From: Blepharisma stoltei ATCC 30299
Lineage: Eukaryota; Protista; Ciliophora
DNA: 64,000 nt
Reading direction: 5' to 3'
Assembly (NCBI GenBank): GCA_965603825.1
Contig: CBFDEM010000035.1
Span: 558,001 to 622,000 of the forward strand
Below, in pieces: positions 34,775 to 47,820 of this stretch (position 1 is the stretch's first letter; each line of letters starts with the position of its first letter). The notes under the pieces were generated by a model. The model was not told the DNA's origin. It made no database searches and was given only the letters and a program-made list of their open reading frames with translations. Both the position numbers and the translations under genes were made by a program.

Positions 34775-36241
34775 TTAAGCTGCATAGTAGCTGCTATACC
34801 TTAAATTTTCATATATTCTATTGATGGCATTCACATAAGCTGCGTCTCTATAGTTAATAGCGAATCTATTAGCAGTCTTCTGGGTAAGCTTGACAGAGTT
34901 CGTCATAAGATCTTCCAAAGCGTTATTCACAATATCCAAATCTGAAGCAACGTGAAGCTCTCCATGTGTAAGATCAGTTTCCAAGAGCCCTGCAATGAAC
35001 TTCAATATAGCTTCATTTGACCTCATTTCCCATCTCTTTGTTAATTTGCCTGGACTAATGTGGCCAATGTTCTTTACATACTCGAAGTATGAAGTAATGA
35101 CTCCTCCAGCGTTCATTAAAATGTCAGGTAAAATAGCGACTCCATGGTTAAGTAAATACTCTTCAGCTTTAAGTGTGATTGGCATATTGGCAGCTTCTGC
35201 AACAATTTTGCATTTTAGGAGGTGCATGTTTTCTGAGTTAATGGTTTTTTCAATAGCTGCTGGTACCAAGATGTCGCATTCTTTTGATAAAATATCTTCT
35301 GCATATGAATAGGTGTCTCCGCCATCAAATCCTTTAAGTGTATGATGCTTGTCAAAATGCTTCTTTAAAGCTTTTACGTCAAGTCCTTCAGGGTTATAAG
35401 TGCCACCATCCTTTTCCAAAATTCCTACTATTTTGCCTTTGGCGTTTTCCGTCACAAATTTAGCAATATAGTAGCCTACATTTCCAAAGCCTTGGATGAT
35501 ATATGACTTGTTGTCTAAGTTATTTGTAAGGCCTAATGACTCAGTCAGCTCTAAATCAGACAAGAATTGGTGGAGAGCATAATAAAAGCCGCGACCAGTG
35601 GCTTCAACTCTACCAGCAATGCCTCCAGATGCCTCTGGTTTCCCAGTGACCACAGCTAGCAGTTCTGTATCATTTGGAGCTAGCTTTGAGTACTCGTCCA
35701 TGACCCATGCCATTGTTGTAGAATCAGTGCCAATATCAGGGCCAGCCACATCAATTGATGGTCCCATGAAGCCAGACTTGGTCAGCTCCCTAGCATAATT
35801 TCTGGTCAGCTGTTCGAGCTCTGATTTGCTCAGTTTAGATGGGTCAACTGAAACTCCTCCGTGGGCTCCTCCATAAGGAATGTCCACAACAGCCATCTTC
35901 AATGTCATGAGTGCTGCAACAGCTTCCACATCTTCTAGCTTGAGCCCTGGGGTGAATCTGATTCCTCCTTTAAGCGGCAAAGCGTGGATGGAGTGGTGAG
36001 CTCTGAAGCCTTCAAAAATATCAATAGAACCGTCGTCACGTTTTATTGGGATTTGCATTTCTAAGATGTGTGAGCATTTCTTTAGCCCTTCCACAAAGGA
36101 GCCTGGGATTCTTGTATAAGCTGAAGATCTGTCGAAAAGTCGATGAACGTGCTCTTTCATGCCGATGTCTCTGAGAGCTTCACTTCGACCTAAAGAAGAC
36201 CTCTTGCCTATAAGGCCTTTTGCAGCCACGTTCTTGAGCAT
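34775..36241 (-). CDS. GDH: NAD(P)-dependent glutamate dehydrogenase, probably mitochondrial
   Basis: PLKGGIRF, GPDIGT, VTGKP, QGFGNVG, EAAN and NAGGVITSYFE, followed by an antenna-like GKLTKRWE segment. Confidence 0.96.
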   Translation of the reverse strand: MLKNVAAKGLIGKRSSLGRSEALRDIGMKEHVHRLFDRSSAYTRIPGSFVEGLKKCSHILEMQIPIKRDDGSIDIFEGFRAHHSIHALPLKGGIRFTPGLKLEDVEAVAALMTLKMAVVDIPYGGAHGGVSVDPSKLSKSELEQLTRNYARELTKSGFMGPSIDVAGPDIGTDSTTMAWVMDEYSKLAPNDTELLAVVTGKPEASGGIAGRVEATGRGFYYALHQFLSDLELTESLGLTNNLDNKSYIIQGFGNVGYYIAKFVTENAKGKIVGILEKDGGTYNPEGLDVKALKKHFDKHHTLKGFDGGDTYSYAEDILSKECDILVPAAIEKTINSENMHLLKCKIVAEAANMPITLKAEEYLLNHGVAILPDILMNAGGVITSYFEYVKNIGHISPGKLTKRWEMRSNEAILKFIAGLLETDLTHGELHVASDLDIVNNALEDLMTNSVKLTQKTANRFAINYRDAAYVNAINRIYENLRYSSYYAA

Positions 36242-36406
36242 TTATAGTGGATGGATTAAAATAAGAAATAAAATGTGTGTGAATTAGATTTTGAAAATTT
36301 AGATAGGCTTTAAGGAGTAGGCACTTAAATTGTGGGTTTATTTAAATATGCTACAAGATAAAGACGAGCTGGAGATTTAGGAAATAAATTGGGATAAATA
36401 TAATAA

Positions 36407-36871
<465 letters not shown>

Positions 36872-37073
36872 AAACTGATGAAAACACAATAATTTATAAC
36901 TATTTCTTTTAATTTGTAATGAATTCGCTAGCCGAGTCTAAAATATTTTTCGAAATTTTCAGATTTTAAAGATATTAATAGAAATTGTCTAAACAACCGA
37001 GCAAAAACATTGAAAAAATGCCTATTTTTTGTAAAAACCCACAAGAAATAAATTAGGCTAGATATAATAAAAT

Positions 37074-37545
37074 ATGCAAATTTTTGTGAAAACGCTCACT
37101 GGGAAAACACGTAGAATCGTCGGATACTATTGATAATGTGAAAGCGAAAATTCAAGATAAGGAAGGGATACCTCCTGACCAACAACGGCTTATTTTTGCT
37201 GGAAAGCAATTGGAAGATGGCAGGACATTGGCAGATTATAATATTCAGAAGGAATCGACGCTTCACCTTGTCTTGAGACTTAGAGGAGGTATGCAAATTT
37301 TTGTGTATACGTTGGTAGGGACAAGAATTACTCTTAATGTTGATCCTTTAGACATGGTTGATAGGCTAAAGGCTTTAATTGAAGAAAGCCAAGGCGTGCC
37401 TGCTGATCAGCATGGAATTGTGTTTGCTGGAAGATTAGTAGAAAGTGGAAAAAGTCTTGCTTCGTATAACATTATAGAAGGCTCAAACCTTCATATGGTA
37501 ATTAGATGTAATATTGGACGATCAAACCTGACGATAGCAAAATAA
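37074..37545 (+). pseudogene. Ub-UBL copy 2, 11-nt deletion near the start
   Basis: AAAACACGTAGAA replaces AAAACGATTACACTGGATGTGGAA, so the ATG frame soon hits TAA. Confidence 0.85.
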
Positions 37546-37674
37546 TTTATGACTATATCTTTTAATTTGTGATAAATTCATTAGCCGATTCTAAAATATT
37601 TTTCGAGGTTTTCAGATTTTAAAGATATTAATAGAAATTGCCTAGGAAATAAATTGGGCTAAATATAATAAAAT

Positions 37675-38131
37675 ATGCAAATTTTTGTGAAAACGCTCAC
37701 TGGGAAAACACGTAGAATCGTCGGATACTATTGATAATGTGAAAGCGAAAATTCAAGATAAGGAAGGGATACCTCCTGACCAACAACGGCTTATTTTTGC
37801 AGGGAAGCAATTGGAAGATGGCAGGGCATTGGCAGATTATAATATTCAGAAGGAATCGACGCTTCACCTTGTCTTGAGACTTAGAGGAGGTATGCAAGTT
37901 TTTGTGTATATATTGGTAGGCAAAAGAATTACACTTAATGTTGATCCTTTAGACATGGCTGATAGGCTAAAGGCTTTGTTTGAAGAAAGCCAAGGCGTGC
38001 CTGCTGATCAGCAAAGAATTTTGCTTGCTGGAAGAGTAGTAGAAAGTGGAAAAAGTCTTGCTTCGTATAACATTATGGATCATATGGTAATTAGGTGCAT
38101 ATTGGCGAATAAAAACTGAAGACAGCAATAA
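37675..38131 (+). pseudogene. Ub-UBL copy 3, same 11-nt deletion plus a 12-nt deletion in the UBL
   Basis: Frameshift junction identical to copy 2; NIMDHM versus [10 protein letters not shown]. Confidence 0.85.
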
Positions 38132-38241
38132 TTTAATTTGTGATGAATTCGTTAGCTGAGTCTAAGAAATTTTCCGATTTTAAAGATATTTATAGAAATT
38201 GTTTAAGAAATAAGTTGAATAAAATTAACTAAATATAATAA

Positions 38242-38697
<456 letters not shown>

Positions 38698-38897
38698 TTT
38701 ATAATTATAAGTTTCTTTTAGGCTGTAAGGAATTCCTTAGCCGACTCTAAAGCATTTTTCGACTTTCAATTTTAAAGATATTTATGGATATAAGGCATTC
38801 TAATTTTAAGCAGTTTCATCTTTATGTATTTATAGAGTTTAGATCTCAGATTATAAATGACTCAATTTATGAAAATGTTTCAAATTGATTATGTTAC

Positions 38898-40295
<1,398 letters not shown>

Positions 40296-40322
40296 TTAAA
40301 TAAGGAAAAATTAAATTAAAGA

Positions 40323-40386
40323 CCCCCATGATTTTTAAAAGGGTATAGGAAAAAATGCCTGTGGGTACCCCTGATTTTAAAAAGGG
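40323..40386. promoter_or_regulatory. Duplicated motif upstream of alpha-tubulin
   Basis: CCCCCATGATTTTTAAAAGGG (40323-40343) and CCCCTGATTTTAAAAAGGG (40368-40386), 64-127 nt upstream of the ATG. Confidence 0.4.
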
Positions 40387-41258
40387 CGGTTTTAAATGGA
40401 AAAGGTGGGCATTTGAGATTAAGCTTTTGAGCCTAGATCGACCATTGCAATAAGCTATACGAATAAAAATTAAAGAAAACTAGAGATGAGGTGATAAGAA
40501 AGAGGGAATTAGGGACAGTGTAGTAAAATATTACAGAGGCTCTGTTGGGGTTATTTTAAAATAAGATAACCTATTGAATAAAAGAAGATTTCAAATCGTT
40601 AATTTATGCTTTTCAATAAGAAGTCAAACAATCAAAGCAATCAACTATTAGAATGAATTTTGGATATCTCTTCAAGGAAGGATATCTGTGAAAGCTAATT
40701 TCAATTTTAATTGATTTTATGAGAGACAATTAAATCACTATTTTAGACAGACTCAAGTTCAAAATTTTACTTATCATTTATTTATACTTTTGGTCGCATA
40801 GATTGAGTGCAATAGGAATAAACCAAATTACAATTTGATAATTTACTATTTAAAATTCAAAAGATGATATCTTAATAGCTCTCATCTCTATTAAGGAATT
40901 TCTTTTTTGTATCAGCTACAGCAATATTTCAGCTATTCAAATTATCTAATCAAATAAACTATTAGCATCATCATACTCTTGGGGTTACAACCACAACAAT
41001 AGAAGCCAGATGAGCTTAAACAAATCAAATAATGGCTGCATAGAAAAAGAAATCCCGATCTATTACATTAGTTATTTGAGTTTTAAGAGTTAAATTAATA
41101 AATTCAATTATTTTATGAGAATAAGTGATTAGAGCATCAGATTCTCGTAAATTGCATATGAATGAAACAATTCAAAGTGCTTTTTTAAAGTTAGCTACCT
41201 CTTAAATCTTTGTATTGAACAGGATCAGCTTGAGGTGAGACAAGAAAAGATGGATTTA

Positions 41259-41315
41259 ATATACGCCCTTCCTATAGATGGCGCGCAATGCGCCATCTAT
41301 AGGAAGGGCGTATAT
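41259..41315. repeat. Perfect inverted repeat, 26-bp arms with 5-nt loop
   Basis: ATATACGCCCTTCCTATAGATGGCGC-GCAAT-GCGCCATCTATAGGAAGGGCGTATAT. Confidence 0.97.
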
Positions 41316-41588
41316 CAAACTATTTCAAAATTGTTTTAAATGTTGATTCGCAGAACTTCTAGAAATTGGATTAACATTTTGCATGAATTAATAAATTTAA
41401 AAATTTTCAGCCTAATAAGCATAGGCAACCGATTAAAAATTTTCCTAGCAAATATCGAAGCTTGGTTTCGAATATATTCATAAATAAATACATAGAATCG
41501 CAATAAATGAAGTCACAATAAGCTAGTCACTTTTTTACATAGAGTTTCTTTTCCCACAATTAGTGATATCCATATTGAAATTAATAAA

Positions 41589-42776
41589 ATGATTTTAGCA
41601 TACGTGTTAATTATAGCATGCAGCGCTGAGTATATTGCTCTTAATTCAACTAACCACTCTTATCCATATAGAAATACCTCTCCAAAAGATTGGCTTATTT
41701 TATATACAAACAACCCTTCTGGAAAAATCGAGCAAGAATTTTTAAACGCCTCTCAGTCTGAAATCACACAAAAGCTAACATTCAGCTTATTCAACTGTCA
41801 AGAACATTTAGAAACTTGCGAAAGGCTTAAAATCACAAAACTGCCTAATGCTACTTATGTTTCTCGAGGCTTAGTAAAAGAGTTCAATTGGGATTTAACT
41901 TACGATGATTTCCTTGAATTTGGTCAAAAAATTTCTATGCCTCAAATTTTACCCGTCTCCTCAACAGAGCATTTAAGAAGATTCAGAAAATTCAAAAGTG
42001 CCTTTATGCTTTGGACTTTTCCAGAATTCCTTTCAGGTGTTAGAAAGCCTCAGGATATTGAGTTTGAGCAGCTTGCTCGAGAAATGCATCATACACATAC
42101 TTATTTTGGAAAATCCCAAGCAGAAGGTTTATTCCAGCATGCTAGAGTTGAATGGACTGAGCTGCCAGCTGTAAAGCAGCATGGTATTGATGACGCTTAT
42201 GACTACAACATTACAAATTTTGATAGAGATTCCTTAAGAGACTTTGTTGAAAAATACAAGTATGGGATGGTCTTTAACTTCACAAGAAGTATAGAAAAAG
42301 AAGTCATGCCATGGCTCAAAGGCAAGCTATTTGCACTGGCAGCTATAGATTTAAATAACCAAACTCAGACTGGCAGATATGTAGGCCACATGAGAGCTTT
42401 GGCTTGGGGGTTAAGAAAAGCAAAGGATTTCAGGTTTCAGTTTTCTTATCTCGATATCAATATATTCCCAGACATAGCAGAAAAATTCAAAGCTTATGAG
42501 CATCCGCAGCTGATTTTGGTAGATTACAGACGAGCTAATAGCACTGCTTATTACTTCGGGGATTTTCCGGTAGAAAACGAAACAAAGCTTCATAAACTAT
42601 TAAATGATACCTGGGACTATAAAACTTCGGCAAACTACACAACGCCCTTGCCTAAGAAATGCCATTCCTGTGGAGGAATTCCATTTGGAGGATACTTAGT
42701 TATTGCCTCCCTACTATTTGTGGTTGGATTAATTATCTATATCATCAGAACAGGAGCAAAACAAAAGCAAGATTAA
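41589..42776 (+). CDS. PDI/thioredoxin-fold-like type I membrane protein without CGHC
   Basis: Signal peptide, FNCQEHLETCERLKITKLP and FSYLD..FPDIAEKF thioredoxin-like patterns, C-terminal TM and KQKQD tail. Confidence 0.7.
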   Translation: MILAYVLIIACSAEYIALNSTNHSYPYRNTSPKDWLILYTNNPSGKIEQEFLNASQSEITQKLTFSLFNCQEHLETCERLKITKLPNATYVSRGLVKEFNWDLTYDDFLEFGQKISMPQILPVSSTEHLRRFRKFKSAFMLWTFPEFLSGVRKPQDIEFEQLAREMHHTHTYFGKSQAEGLFQHARVEWTELPAVKQHGIDDAYDYNITNFDRDSLRDFVEKYKYGMVFNFTRSIEKEVMPWLKGKLFALAAIDLNNQTQTGRYVGHMRALAWGLRKAKDFRFQFSYLDINIFPDIAEKFKAYEHPQLILVDYRRANSTAYYFGDFPVENETKLHKLLNDTWDYKTSANYTTPLPKKCHSCGGIPFGGYLVIASLLFVVGLIIYIIRTGAKQKQD

Positions 42777-42805
42777 CGTAAAATAAAAATTAACTTATCA
42801 AAAAA

Positions 42806-43300
42806 TTATAACTGAATCTCAATGTTTGGCTTTGGGGCAGTTATAGGCCGATTTCGAATCGGTCTAGGCAAAAGAGATGGCTTAGTTTCTTGTAGGGTGT
42901 ATTCTAATTCTTCATTTCTTAAAATTTCATAATCAACATTAATGTGCCTTGGGATTTCATTTACGTTTTTTTGGCTGCCTGAATCATAAATTTTCCTCCT
43001 TTTTGTAGCTGTGGTTCTGGGTCTTAAGTTTGGCTGATATAAAATGTCGTCTCATCTGGAATAAGTCTTTTCTATTCAGGTATTTGCTAATTTAACTGAC
43101 TGAAGCCTTGGGGATTTTACTTTGAGTAACTGAGTAAATGGTGATCTTTGCTTTGTGGCTGATTTATTTCGTCTTTGCCGAAGTGAAGTGATAGTGTTTT
43201 TTGAGATGGCAGGAGGTTTGACCCAGATTCGCTGTCGAGCATTGCTGTTTGGTCTTCCTGGAATAAGTCCTAATTTAGGAACAAAAATTAAGTCTGTCAT
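42806..43300 (-). CDS. 164-aa basic protein, unknown function
   Basis: Track ORF extends through TGA at 43076 and 43052 to TAA at 42806. Confidence 0.7.
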
Positions 43301-43375
43301 TTTTCATAACAATCATATAAAAAATTAATCTTGAAGGAAGCAGCTAAAATTGAATACAAAATTTTTTAAGTATAT

Positions 43376-44488
43376 TTAATTTTCAACCCACTTCAGTCTT
43401 TTTCCTTCTTGCCATTCTCCTTCTTTTCTTTCCCCTTTAGCAGTAGAGTAAACCCCATGTCCATGCTGTTTACCATTATATCAGCTTCCTTCATATTTTC
43501 TTCCATCAGGTCACGAAAAATACCCCCTGCCTTGTTTTTTATCATCTACATACTCTCCTTTATAACATCTTCCATCAGCCCACGTAAAAGTGCCAAATCC
43601 ATCCATTTTATTGTTTTTTCAGGTTCCTTCATATCTTCTTCCATCCATTCATGAATAAATTCCTTCTCCATCAATATTATTATCTTTAAACTCCCCATAG
43701 TATTTGCTTCCATCAGACCAATGGAATTTGCCTTTCCCATCTTTTCTGCCATAAGTATACTGTCCTTCATATCTGGCTCCGTCAGGCCATATTTCAAGGC
43801 CAAACCCATGCTGTTTATCATCTTTTCATTGGCCATTATAGGTGGCGCCATCAGTATGTTTATAAACTCCATAGCCATGTGCTTTATCATCAACTCAGTC
43901 TCCTTCATAAACATCTCCATCTCCATGCATCAGCCTTCCTTTTCCGTTAGCTCTATCATGCAGTCAGTAACCTTCATATTTTGATCCATCAGGCCAAACT
44001 TGGACTCCTTTTCCGTGCCTTTCTCATTTATCACTTCACTCTCCTATATAAATAGCTCCGTTATCGAGCAAAACTGGGCCTTTTTTGACCCTTGGAGTAT
44101 TATCAGTGAACTCAGCATCATACTGAAAAGGCTCAAGTTTTTTATATATAGCTTCTGTTATAGTGTTTGAATAATTTGGAAGTTCTCCATGAATTTCCAT
44201 AACGGAATTTCTAGGCTGCATTGTGTATCCAGAGTTTAGCCTGACTTGAGTGCTATTAGCCTTGATTTTTTCTTTAACTGCTCGACGATCAAGATAACCT
44301 CTTAGGACAGATTGCAAAATTAAGAGATGGGAATTGTTGATTTCTGCAGGCTTGAAAAAATAGGCAGGTATTTCAATGACAAAAGCGCCTTGCTCTTGTT
44401 TTAAACGTGAATTTGAAGTTTCTTTTTTGATAGTAAGTTGCTCTGAGTCTAGCTGGGTTTCTTTAAAGCATGAGCATGCTGCTCCCAT
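43376..44488 (-). CDS. MORN-repeat protein with IQ-like motif and MGxxC acylation start (370 aa)
   Basis: [11 protein letters not shown], then about 9 YxGxW..xxxxG.G repeats; 9 of 15 Trp codons are TGA. Confidence 0.95.
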
Positions 44489-44814
44489 TAATTGGAATTT
44501 AATGATAGTTTAAATAATGAAATAGAAAAAATTCTATCATATATTTTTAAATATTCAAAAATTAAAATTTGTCAGTCCAAATATTTCAATATTTTTGAGT
44601 AAACAAAGACTTTTATTTATTTGAATTTTTATTTAATTAGGTAATCAAGCGTGCCGAATTTTTAGTCAAAATTTAAAAAAATTCAATTAAATTTTCCCAA
44701 TATATTTTCTACGTTTTTATGAGTCAGCTACTAAAGCCGTTTCCATCTAATACTGGCTACTATGTATTTCACTAATTCTTCCCTAAACACAAATACTAAT
44801 AATTTTTTCCTAAG

Positions 44815-45504
44815 ATGTCATACTTAATTGCGATAAATGATTACCAGAAACAGCAAAACTACATCGAGTACATACTTCTCGTCAAAGATACCCAAACAGG
44901 AGAAACATGATCTATAAAGCGCCGTTACTCTGTCTTGCGAAAACTCTACGAATCTCTAATTAAATATTCACAATGGCTTGATTTCCCTCCCAAAAAGTTC
45001 TTTGGCAATACATCTCCACAATTTATAGATCACAGAAGGCGAGAACTTGAAATATATTTTACAGAGCTACTGAAAATCCCTGAAATTTACCAAGTTCCTG
45101 CTTTTCAAGAATTTATTAAGCCAAAAGACCGAGAAACAATCAGAGACTCAGGCTCATCAATCTTGATTAATGGGGAAAGACCAAAAAGAAGCAATAAAAA
45201 AGCTTTGACATTGACTTATAGACAAATTGCTGAGGATACGACTACGCATTTTATTGATTTATCAGTTCAGCCAAATTTTTTAACAGAGGAAGATGCGGAA
45301 AGGCGAGCAAGCACTTATGCTCAAACTTTGAATTATCATGATATAGTTTTTGAGCAAGTTTTGCCAGAAGGTTATGAAATTAACAAAACTCAGCTGGATA
45401 AACCGATTCAAGATATCAGAGGAAGGCTGGAAAAATACTTTCAGGAATTTGCATCGATAATGGCTGAGCCTTTGGAATTTGAACCTATTATATCGAAAAT
45501 TTAA
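44815..45504 (+). CDS. PX-domain protein (229 aa)
   Basis: ET(W=TGA 44908)SIKRRYSVLRKL, FPPKKFFGN and FIDHRRRELE. Confidence 0.9.
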
Positions 45505-46353
45505 TTCATAAGTAAACTTATAATATTGGTAAGCTTGATCATAGCAGCAATAGCTTTAAATTTGATACACAAAAATTTGGCATGGATATATTTAAAAGTC
45601 TGAATGTTTAATAAATAAATACACCTGAGCAATGAAAATGCGTATCTACTTAGCTGAGATATAATTCGCTCATATATTTTAGTTTAACTTGAACGATGGG
45701 CATATTACTTAGTTAAATCCTATTAATTCATTGAGTTAGAGAGCTGGACTACGATATTAATTGAAAGAAAATAAATGATTTTACTAATAAATTAAATTGC
45801 CTTAAAATAGTAAATATTAAAATTTTTTAAATAAAACATTGTGCTAATCCAAAAATTTTAGCTAAGTTAAAAGCAAAATCTCGTACTTGATTCTTCTATA
45901 ATTATAGCTTAAATAATTCAGATTTAGAAAATATGGACGATTTATTGATAGAGAAAGATGATGAATTATTAAATATTAACTAAAAAGAATTAATTGGTTG
46001 ATAATAAAGATAAAACTCTAAAATAAAATAATTCCTTTGAAAAGCATGTATTTTACATTTAAAATGTGATTTAAAGATTAACTATCATTATTATTCGTGA
46101 GCCTTTTTTATGCATCGAAATTTACAGTATTAATTTGAATTGATTACAGTGTGTTATTTCCAACTTGCAATTGAGATTTAATTGAAAATTTATATTTATT
46201 GTATAAACATTATTTTAAAATGTAACTACGGCTTCAACCAAATCGAATAAGTCAAGTCATTTCTAACGAATTTTCAGTTTCAAAAGAAGCTTAAAGCATC
46301 GAAAAATTAAATCAACAAGGAGATAGTCATGAAAACATTAAAAAAAGCATTTT

Positions 46354-46745
46354 ATATACCAAGTTGCAAAGTTTAATATGACAATAGAGCCTGGCAATAC
46401 TTTTAAAACTACGAGAGTATATCTCATTTTGCTCCAGATGAACGGTTTTATGAAAACACTGTTCTTAATGATCTTAATAAGCCAGTGAGGACCAAATTGC
46501 TCACTTGTTTATGCAAAAAATGAGAGTTAGAATTCAAAAAAGCAAATAGAGCTTCAGCTTATTCTTTGTATTAAACACAAAAAACTCTCAATTGATCAAT
46601 GAAAACATTTTATATCGATTTGCATAATTGGAAATGCTTTTCAAGCAAATATAAATGTAATAGAAGGTCAAGTCTTATGCTTGTCATTGATTTAAAAAAT
46701 ATTAGACGATAAGTCTAGATATATATTGAGGTATGCATACAGAAA
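46354..46745 (+). pseudogene. Heavily eroded chitin-synthase relic
   Basis: Fragments IYQVAKFN, APDERFYENTVLNDL, IAHLFMQKMRV and ELQLILCIKHK match the 47821 gene; NAFQANINVIEGQVLCL resembles the NxYLAEDRxLC motif. Confidence 0.8.
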
Positions 46746-47820
46746 GGTGAAGTCTTTCCTCTTGATCCTACTATAGTTCAGGGTGATTCTCCTAATAATA
46801 TTAGTAGCTTTCAGAGAGTTTAATGTCATTTATAGATGATTCAATCACACTGATTGATTATTGTATAATATCCTAATTATTTTATAAATATTAGTCTTTT
46901 TTAAAGTAAAATCAAGTAAAACCTAAATAGGACTTTAGCAGTTTGTGTTAACTTGATATTAATCATAAATATATAATTGAACATTTTAAAATTAAATTTT
47001 ATTAATTAAATTATTTATTATCATATAAAATCTTTAAAATTGAGATTTCGCTGATTCCCTATTTAAATTTATTTTATACTTTAATTATTATAATTTAATC
47101 TATTATTTAATTGGGGATCTACTAATAGAATAAGCACAGTATCTTTAAACTTAAGCTATTTTCTTCGATTGCTTTGATTTAACCAAAAATTCATAATCCA
47201 TAAAAAATTTAAGATAGCACTTGATAAGCTTTTTTACCAATTGCATAAAATTTTGATTTTAAAAGTAATTGGGAATATTTCGCTAATCTTTTTAGTTAGA
47301 AATGAATTGAAGAGGAGTCTCTTATAAAAATTTTACCATAATAAAATGCCTATAGTTAGCTTTATAAGCTCAATAAATGTCTGCTATTTGCAATAAATGC
47401 ATAAAGATTATTACGATCCTTCCAGATATATAATTTGTAGAGTTTCATAAGCCTTAGCATACTTTTTTGCTAGTTATGCAGAATTCTCTGTGCTTAACTT
47501 TGTTTTGTATTTATTAAGATAAACTATTGATAATTTTATGACTTTTAAATTAATGCTGAAAATTCATAAAACTAATTTTTAGTAGATTGCCTTTAATCTA
47601 TAGAAAATATTAGCATGCTCATATAAGAAAATATTTAAGCTCTCTCTAAATTTATTTGCAGCACAAACTTTATATAATATTAACTTTTTTAATATGATTC
47701 TTTTTTCATAAAGACTTATAGTATTATCCTAGCTCTGTAGTTTATTCAAATAAACATAGGATTTCAAAATATCTAAAATTTAATTTAGCATTAATTAGTT
47801 TATTGTAGAAGGTTTATAAA

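Noticed and set aside
40481-40890. TAGAGATGAG/CTCATCTCTA inverted repeat as a TA-bounded IES or MITE
   Set aside because: A 10-bp match over 400 bp is expected by chance and does not extend cleanly.
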